Source: an uncultured Dehalococcoidaceae bacterium
Lineage (GTDB): Bacteria > Chloroflexota > Dehalococcoidia > UBA2979
Assembly (NCBI GenBank): GCA_964414675.1
Contig: CAYPYF010000003.1
Span: 11,696 to 75,695 of the forward strand
Direction of reading: 5' to 3'
DNA length: 64,000 nt
Numbering within the stretch: position 1 is the first letter of the stretch; the number at the start of each line of letters is the position of its first letter. The notes under the pieces are model-generated. The model did no database searches and had not been told where the DNA came from. It worked only from the letters and a program-made list of their open reading frames with translations. Of the stretch, positions 57,997 through 64,000 are shown one piece after another. A program made the translations under genes and the position numbers.

Positions 57997-58547
57997 CGAC
58001 GCAAGCATCCACGCGACGAGGGGGGTTGCGGGGCCGGGTGGAGGGCGCTCTCGACTGGCTGGCGGTACGGCACCTGCTCACCGCGAACCACGCCGTCCTG
58101 TTCCTCTGCGCATCGATCTACCTGGGCACCGGCATCTCGTTGACGCTGTTCCAGTTCCCGTCGTTCGACGACCTCACGGTGGGCAACTACTCGATCATCG
58201 TCGTGCCACCGATCGAGCGCGCGACGAACTTCTTCACGTACATGACCCAGGTGATGTTCGTCACCGGCGTCGTCATGCTGCTGGCGGAATGGCGCACCAG
58301 GATGCGCTGGGTCCCCATCGTCGTGCTGCTCGCCCTCATCGCGACCACCGCGCTCACCGTCCTGTTCATCTTCGACTACAACGAGGAACTGAATGCCGGC
58401 ATCACCGACCCGGCCCGGCTGGTCGAGGTGATGGACCAGTGGATGCGCCTCAACTGGATCCGCGTCGGGATCTGGGTCGTCATGTGGGCGGCGATGATCG
58501 CCTACTTCGCCGTCCGAGCGGCGGAGTCGATCCAGGCCCGACGATGA
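57993..58547 (+). CDS. Small integral membrane protein (4 TM)
   Basis: Hydrophobic profile. Start overlaps the ADC-like stop (ATGA). Confidence 0.5.
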   Translation: MTTQASTRRGGLRGRVEGALDWLAVRHLLTANHAVLFLCASIYLGTGISLTLFQFPSFDDLTVGNYSIIVVPPIERATNFFTYMTQVMFVTGVVMLLAEWRTRMRWVPIVVLLALIATTALTVLFIFDYNEELNAGITDPARLVEVMDQWMRLNWIRVGIWVVMWAAMIAYFAVRAAESIQARR

Positions 58548-58924
58548 TCAGCACGAGCCTGCTGCGCCGCCTCTCCTGGGCGATCGCCGCCATCACCGTC
58601 GCCAGCGGCACCGTTCAGGTGGTGTTCACGGGGTGGGAGCTGGACTTCCTGGACGCGGAGAACACCGCCACCACCCGGCATTTCTTCGCCATCGTCGGGA
58701 TGTTCATGGTGCTGTTCGGCGGACTCGTCCTGCACGTGCTCCGCGACCCATCGAGGGCGCAGACGCCGATGCTCTGGGCCTCGCTCCAGAAGTTTGGAGC
58801 CGCCGCCGCGGTCGGGCTGGGAGTGGCCGGCGAGGTCTTCTCCGCGCTCGCGCTTGGCGTCGCTGCGTTCGACCTCGCCTCGGCAGTCGTGTATCTGCTC
58901 TATCGGCGCAGGGTGGCTTCATGA
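58544..58924 (+). CDS. Small integral membrane protein
   Basis: Hydrophobic profile with ATGA overlap to the previous gene. Confidence 0.5.
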   Translation: MISTSLLRRLSWAIAAITVASGTVQVVFTGWELDFLDAENTATTRHFFAIVGMFMVLFGGLVLHVLRDPSRAQTPMLWASLQKFGAAAAVGLGVAGEVFSALALGVAAFDLASAVVYLLYRRRVAS

Positions 58925-59352
58925 TCCGCTGGGCCGCGTTGCTGCTGTTCTACGGCTACGTGCTGCTGCTGATCGTCGCCGGCGCATGGGGTCTGCTGTT
59001 CGGCGATGTTGACCAGTGGTGGCTCCTCGGGATGGACCTCAGCCTCGTGGAGGACGAGCAGGTCCAGGCGAACGTCCTCACGCAATACCGCTTCCTGAGG
59101 GCTATCGAGCTCGGCTTCGGACTCTGCGCGTTTCGATACCGCCACGAGGTCTTCGAGGCCGTGGGCTTCTACCGGCTGTTCCTGCCGGTCATGATCTTCG
59201 GCGTCGTCGCCCGCCTGGTCTCCATCCTCGTCGATGGGTGGCCGCATCCGATCTTCCTCGCGTTCATGGGGCTCGAGGCGGCAGGCGTCGTCGCGATCTA
59301 CGCAGCGACCGCGCCCCAGCGCGAACTCCACGCCCAGGGCCAGCCCGCGTGA
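58921..59352 (+). CDS. Small integral membrane protein
   Basis: Hydrophobic profile with ATGA overlap to the previous gene. Confidence 0.5.
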   Translation: MIRWAALLLFYGYVLLLIVAGAWGLLFGDVDQWWLLGMDLSLVEDEQVQANVLTQYRFLRAIELGFGLCAFRYRHEVFEAVGFYRLFLPVMIFGVVARLVSILVDGWPHPIFLAFMGLEAAGVVAIYAATAPQRELHAQGQPA

Positions 59353-60980
59353 CTGCCCTCGGCGCGCACCGCCCGGCGCTGACGGCGCCCCCCGCCGAGG
59401 CGACACCGTCGATCGACGCGACGCCGAACCGCGCGCTCATCCTCGCGGGGGGTGGGATGCGTGTCGCCTATCAGGCGGGTGTCCTCCGCGCGGTCGAGGA
59501 GGCGGGCATCACCTTCCACCACTTCGACGGCACCTCGGGCGGCATCATCAACCTCGGGATGCTGTTCTCCGGCGTTGCGCCGGAGGAGATGTGCCGCCGC
59601 TGGCGCTCCCTGAACGTTCGGAAGTTCGTCTCCCTGCCCCCCGCACGGAGGTTCTTGCGCGCCACTCGCATGGCCGCCGTCGGCGACGCCCGCGGCATCG
59701 TCCAGCAGGTGTTCCCTCACCTCGGCATCGACCCGTCGAGGATCAATGCGGCCGCCGGCGGAACGGCCACGTTCAACGTCTGCAACTTCACCGACAAGAC
59801 CATCGAGGCCATCCCGCACGATCGGGTGACGCGTGACCTCCTCGTCGCCGGGATATCGCTCCCCGTGTTGATGCCCGCGGTGCGCGTCGGGGACGTTACG
59901 TACACCGATGCGGTGTGGATCAAGGACGCCAACCTCCTGGAGGCCGTCCGTCGTGGCGCCGAGGAGCTCTGGCTGGTCTGGTGCATCGGCAACACACCGG
60001 CGTTCCGGGACGGCGCGCTCAACCAGTACGTGCACATGATCGAGATGAGCGCGAACGGCTCGCTGTTCGACGAGTTCGCGCAGATCCAGGTCCTGAACGA
60101 AGAGATCGAGGCCGGCCGGTCACGCTACGGTCAGAGGCGCCCGGTCCGGCTCCACGTCATCAAGCCGGCCCTCCCGCTGCCGCTCGACCCGGATCTCTAC
60201 CTCGGCCACATCGACAACGCGACGCTGATCGACATGGGGTACCGGGACGCCTCGACGTACCTGCGCACCCGATCAGAAGCAGGGGTGCGATTCACCCCGG
60301 AGGCCACGAAGATGACCGAACCGCAGCTCGGGATCACGTTCCGCGAGACCATGTCCGGCCCGTTCGCCCTCGGCGAGACCGACCCGCGCGCCGGCGCCGA
60401 AGCAGGCAAGCGCGCCGGCACCAACCTCGCGATGCATGCCGCTGTCGAGATCGACTCGATACGCGCGTTCGTCGACGACCCCGAGCACCCCGGCAGCCTC
60501 GCCGGCCGCATCGACTTCACCCCCTGGGGCGAGGCCATCCCCGCTGCCAGCGGCGTCTTCAACCTGTTCGCCCCCACCGCGCAGCCAGACCTGAAGCACA
60601 TGGTGTACGAGTTGCAGTTCCAACATGCCGGTCAGGCGTACTACCTTGCCGGCCGCAAGGAGGTGAAGAGCGACAGCCACGGCCTTGACCTCTGGTCAGA
60701 CACCACCACCCTGCTGACGACGCTGCACGAGGGTGACGACGCCTCCGGCCCGGTCGTCGGTGCAGGTGTCCTCTCACTCGGCCCGGACGACCTCGCGCGC
60801 CTCATCAAGACCGTGCGCGTCACCGGAGACCCGTCCGCCCTCGACCGCGCGCGCACCATCGCCACGTTTGGCTCGTTCTTCATGGGCGAACTGTGGGATA
60901 CCTACGCCACTCCAATCCTCCAACCGGCCTCGTGGTGGAAGCGCCCGTTCCGATGGCTGCGCGGCCTGGCCCGTCAGTAG
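59349..60980 (+). CDS. Patatin-like phospholipase with roughly 290-aa C-terminal extension
   Basis: Oxyanion GGGMR, nucleophile DGTSGG, catalytic Asp in DGA. GTG start overlaps the previous stop (GTGA). Confidence 0.75.
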   Translation: MTALGAHRPALTAPPAEATPSIDATPNRALILAGGGMRVAYQAGVLRAVEEAGITFHHFDGTSGGIINLGMLFSGVAPEEMCRRWRSLNVRKFVSLPPARRFLRATRMAAVGDARGIVQQVFPHLGIDPSRINAAAGGTATFNVCNFTDKTIEAIPHDRVTRDLLVAGISLPVLMPAVRVGDVTYTDAVWIKDANLLEAVRRGAEELWLVWCIGNTPAFRDGALNQYVHMIEMSANGSLFDEFAQIQVLNEEIEAGRSRYGQRRPVRLHVIKPALPLPLDPDLYLGHIDNATLIDMGYRDASTYLRTRSEAGVRFTPEATKMTEPQLGITFRETMSGPFALGETDPRAGAEAGKRAGTNLAMHAAVEIDSIRAFVDDPEHPGSLAGRIDFTPWGEAIPAASGVFNLFAPTAQPDLKHMVYELQFQHAGQAYYLAGRKEVKSDSHGLDLWSDTTTLLTTLHEGDDASGPVVGAGVLSLGPDDLARLIKTVRVTGDPSALDRARTIATFGSFFMGELWDTYATPILQPASWWKRPFRWLRGLARQ

Positions 60981-60986
60981 CGGAGC

Positions 60987-61063
60987 TGGCGCCCTCCGGG
61001 AGGACTCGAACCTCGGACCAGCGGATGAGAAGGCCGCTGCTCTATCCCCTGAGCTACGAGGGC
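60987..61063 (-). pseudogene. Degenerate tRNA-Arg(TCT)-like copy (77 nt; extra C disrupts T/acceptor stems; pyrimidine at position 37)
   Basis: About 95% identical to the intact tRNA at 63790-63865, including 8 nt beyond the 5' end. Its cloverleaf is imperfect. Confidence 0.55.
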
Positions 61064-61259
61064 GTACGTCCCTCTACTCAACTGGCGAGTGGAGCCGGGA
61101 GACGCTCGGCCAGTGTCCCGGATGGTGCGAGTCCGTGGACCGCATTGGCCTGTGCACAGCAGCGGCCGACAGAAGATCGGAGGTCGGTGCGCCTCCGGCC
61201 TCCGCACCTCCGGCCTGCGCACCCCTCGTTCGCCGTCGAGCCTCAGACACCCTTCGTGA

Positions 61260-63695
61260 CTAGTCCGAAGCAACGACTCCCGTCCCGAGGGCGAGTCCGA
61301 ATGGGTTGTCCTGGATCCACGCCTCGAACTGCGCGGCCGGCATCGGTCGGGCGAAGTAGTACCCCTGCGCGACATCGCATCCGAGCTCGGTCAGCAGGTC
61401 CGCGACCTCCTGAGTCTCGACGCCCTCGGCGATCGACCTCACGCCGAGGCGGCTCGCCATCGCGATCGTGCTTTCGACGATGTCGCGAGATCGCGGGTTC
61501 GACATCAGGTCCCGCACGAACGACTGATCGATCTTGATCGTCGAGATCGGCAGGCGGTGGAGGTACACGAACGGTGAGTAGCCCGTCCCGAAGTCGTCGA
61601 TGGAGAGGTCGAGGCCAGCGCGACGGAGGTTCTCGCAGACGGAGACCGCCTCATCCATGTCGGAGAGGATCGCCGTTTCGGTGATCTCGATGTCCAGTGC
61701 CCCCTCCGGCAGTGCCCACTCCGCGACGATGTCCGTGATGCGCGCCGCGAGCTGTGTGTCCTCGAAGTCGGCTGCCGACACGTTCACGCCGATCGGCACG
61801 GGGCGCCCAGCCTCCTGCCAGGTGTGCGCCTGCTGGCTGGCCGTCTTGACGGCCCACGTCGTGAGGTGCCGGACGTAGCCGGTCTGCTCCGCCAGCCCGA
61901 TGAACTGTGCCGGCGGGACGAACGTGCCGTCCTCCCGCTGCCAGCGCATGAGCGCTTCGACCCCGACGATCCGGTTTCGCTGGAGGTCGACCTGCGGTTG
62001 GTAGTAGAACTCCAGGTCGCCATCGCTGAGGGCGCCCCGAAGCGCGGTCAGCAGTTTCAACTGGTCCGCCCGAGGTTCATCGCGGGCGGCGTCGTACATC
62101 GCCAACCCGTGATGCCCGAGCTTCGTCCGGCGGAGCGCGAGGCTGGCCCGCCTCGCGAGCGCCGCCGCAGTCGTGCCGTTCTCGGGGTAGCGCGCGAGGC
62201 TCGCACGGCTGCCCAGGTAGACCGGCTCCCCGTTCATCTGGAACGGCCGCTCGAATGCGTGTTCCAGCGTCGTCGAGACATCGAACGCGCTCCCGAACGA
62301 TGCGTCATCCTCGATCGTCGGGGTCAGCAGCGCCATGAACTCGTCGCCACCCGTGCGCCCTACCAGCGTCTCGCTGCCGAAGACCTCGACGAGTCGCGGG
62401 CCAATCTGGCGGAGGAGCTCGTCGCCGCCGTCGAACCCGAACGTGGCGTTGACCGCGCCGAACTGTCGGAGTTGGACCTCCAGGAGGAGTAGTGGAGTCT
62501 CCGGCGACTGCTGGATGCGCTCATCAATGAGGCGCTCCATCTCCATCCGGTTCGGGAGCGACGTCAGCATGTCCGTCGTCGCGTTTCGCCGCAGCGTGAC
62601 GTGTGCCTCGCCGACCGCGTCCGCCATCGACTCGAAGGCGCCGGCGAGCGACGCCATCTCGCTGCTCGAGGTCCGTGTAAGCCCGACGCGCGCTCCGAAG
62701 TCGCCACTCGAGTACCGCTGCGCCGTGCGCAGGAGTCTCTGCACCGGGTGAAGCACGCTCACCGTGCTGATCCCCCATGACCACGTGAGTCCTACCACGG
62801 TCATCACCCCGAGCACGCCGAGGGCCTGTTGGAAGGTGCGGTTGGCTCCGGCGAGGGCGCGGCTCTTGGGCGAAGTCACCACCACGTATCCCGGGATCGA
62901 ACCGGCGTGGCTGTCCAGCGGGACGACAGCGCCCAGCACCGGTTCCTCCCCCGGCGTCGCGATCTCCAGGACGGAGGGCTTCGTCGTGCGGACCGCGCTG
63001 CCCGACCACGGGAGGAGACCGGCGCCGCCGACAGGCGTCGCGGTTGCCCGTGGCACCTGGAGGAGCACGAACCCGTTTGGGCCCAGGACGGTCGTCTGGA
63101 TGTCGGCGCGGGTACTGAGTGATTCGAAGAGCATCTCGAGCCACGCGAGGTTGACCGAAAGCTGGACCACCCCCACGGGCACCCCGTCACCGTCCAGGAG
63201 CGGCATGGCGAAGAGGGACACCGGCCGGTTCGAGATACGCCCGAACAGGTACCCACTCGATGCGAGGTCGCGCGTCCGGAGTGTCTCCTGGAAGTATGGG
63301 CGGTCGCCGACGAACGCCCCCATCCCGTCGGGGTTCGCCGAGCAGACCACCACCCCGTTCCGCCCGACGACCGCAGTGTTTGAGTACGCGGAATGCGCCG
63401 ACGTCACCCGACGGAGCACCTCGTTACAGGAGTCAGCGCCGAACACGCGCAGCGCCGGGTCGATCGACAGTTCCCGCAGGAGGTCTGCGACGACATCGAT
63501 CAGCTGGTTATGGGTGGTGGCCACGAGGCGCGCCTGCGCCAGGAGGTCGCCTTCCACCTGAGTGATCGCGCTCTCCCGTTCGCTGTTGCTCTTCCAGAGC
63601 AACAGCGCCCCCATCGCAACGATCAGGACGAGGATCATCGTCATCAGTCGCCATCGGATGCCGAACAAGAAGACAGGCACGGAGAACTCCGTCAT
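61260..63695 (-). CDS. Membrane sensor diguanylate cyclase/phosphodiesterase (periplasmic Cache-like domain, HAMP, GGDEF, EAL)
   Basis: GGDEF motif RTGGDEF and EAL motifs (EALMRW, ...DDFGTGYS...). Confidence 0.85.
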   Translation of the reverse strand: MTEFSVPVFLFGIRWRLMTMILVLIVAMGALLLWKSNSERESAITQVEGDLLAQARLVATTHNQLIDVVADLLRELSIDPALRVFGADSCNEVLRRVTSAHSAYSNTAVVGRNGVVVCSANPDGMGAFVGDRPYFQETLRTRDLASSGYLFGRISNRPVSLFAMPLLDGDGVPVGVVQLSVNLAWLEMLFESLSTRADIQTTVLGPNGFVLLQVPRATATPVGGAGLLPWSGSAVRTTKPSVLEIATPGEEPVLGAVVPLDSHAGSIPGYVVVTSPKSRALAGANRTFQQALGVLGVMTVVGLTWSWGISTVSVLHPVQRLLRTAQRYSSGDFGARVGLTRTSSSEMASLAGAFESMADAVGEAHVTLRRNATTDMLTSLPNRMEMERLIDERIQQSPETPLLLLEVQLRQFGAVNATFGFDGGDELLRQIGPRLVEVFGSETLVGRTGGDEFMALLTPTIEDDASFGSAFDVSTTLEHAFERPFQMNGEPVYLGSRASLARYPENGTTAAALARRASLALRRTKLGHHGLAMYDAARDEPRADQLKLLTALRGALSDGDLEFYYQPQVDLQRNRIVGVEALMRWQREDGTFVPPAQFIGLAEQTGYVRHLTTWAVKTASQQAHTWQEAGRPVPIGVNVSAADFEDTQLAARITDIVAEWALPEGALDIEITETAILSDMDEAVSVCENLRRAGLDLSIDDFGTGYSPFVYLHRLPISTIKIDQSFVRDLMSNPRSRDIVESTIAMASRLGVRSIAEGVETQEVADLLTELGCDVAQGYYFARPMPAAQFEAWIQDNPFGLALGTGVVASD

Positions 63696-63789
63696 GACGA
63701 GGGCTTCGTGTCTCGAATATAGCGTCGCTCATGACGATTTGGGCGGCTCGCACATCGCGCATCTCAAGCGGCGCCTGTGAGTGGACGAG

Positions 63790-63865
63790 TGGCGCCCTCG
63801 GGAGGACTCGAACCTCCGACAAGCGGATTAGAAGGCCGCTGCTCTATCCCCTGAGCTACGAGGGC
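63790..63865 (-). tRNA. tRNA-Arg (anticodon TCT)
   Basis: Perfect cloverleaf folded by hand: acceptor GCCCTCG/CGAGGGC, D-arm GCTC/GAGC, anticodon loop CTTCTAA, T-arm GGAGG-TTCGAGT-CCTCC, discriminator G. The 3' CCA is encoded in the genome. Confidence 0.85.
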
Positions 63866-64000
63866 GTACGTCCAGTTTACCCGCCCGGCGGGCGGAGGCG
63901 ATGAGCCCGCGCCGCTATGGCGGGCATGGCGCAGGGACTTCGCGGCGGCTTGCGGGCACGTCGTGGGCGGCACTGAGACGGTCCGGATTTGCGACTCGAG

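Noticed and set aside
60987-61063. Calling the first tRNA-Arg-like copy a functional tRNA
   Set aside because: An inserted C leaves the T-stem/acceptor junction one base out of register. There is a G-G clash at the acceptor base and a C at position 37. It is annotated as a degenerate copy or pseudogene instead.
1-64000. CRISPR arrays, rRNA genes, IS elements with terminal inverted repeats
   Set aside because: There are no short regularly spaced direct repeats, no rRNA-like conserved stretches, and no transposase-like ORFs. The only recombinase is the large serine recombinase at 1816.

Overview
The window is high-GC (about 70%) and looks like an actinobacterial chromosome. A housekeeping core at roughly 8.0-47.3 kb is flanked by two accessory blocks.

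Left block (1 to about 7.9 kb): an AbiEi/AbiEii type IV toxin-antitoxin pair cut by the window start, in which the toxin carries an unusual C-terminal WYL + zinc-ribbon extension. Next comes a large serine recombinase whose ORF has no stop codon and runs antisense into a dnaN gene, across an AT-rich 16-bp perfect palindrome. That dnaN sits in a minus-strand cluster of DNA polymerase IV (dinB), an excisionase-family HTH regulator and a HAD hydrolase.

Core (8.0-47.3 kb): the riboflavin operon (ribD-ribE-ribBA-ribH) behind dcd, an HD-GYP phosphodiesterase, a SIMPL protein, an ECF sigma/anti-sigma pair, class II aldolase, lepB and pyrE. These are followed by an Fe-siderophore-type ABC permease/ATPase with no binding protein, padR-modABC, htpX, lemA, chrA, ppx, an IMPase, nhaA and a BY-kinase. 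Then come a phosphate two-component system with phoU, pstSCAB and a second phoU, and several enzymes (AstE-like, LLM oxidoreductase, methyltransferase, M20 peptidase, GNAT).

Right block (47.4-63.9 kb) is lipid- and cell-wall-active. It holds a tightly coupled minus-strand operon: M23/LysM peptidase, a membrane-anchored CHAT (caspase-like) protease, and a PGAP1-like alpha/beta hydrolase with a long N-terminal extension. Beside it are a divergent DUF4157 zincin-like gene, a second alpha/beta hydrolase with a hypothetical partner, and a translationally coupled operon (GMC oxidoreductase, acetoacetate-decarboxylase-like protein, three small membrane proteins, patatin-like phospholipase). The block ends at a degenerate tRNA-Arg-like copy, then a GGDEF-EAL sensor, then an intact tRNA-Arg(TCT).

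The CHAT-centred operon is the best candidate for an undescribed conflict or cell-death system. No CRISPR arrays or rRNA genes were seen.
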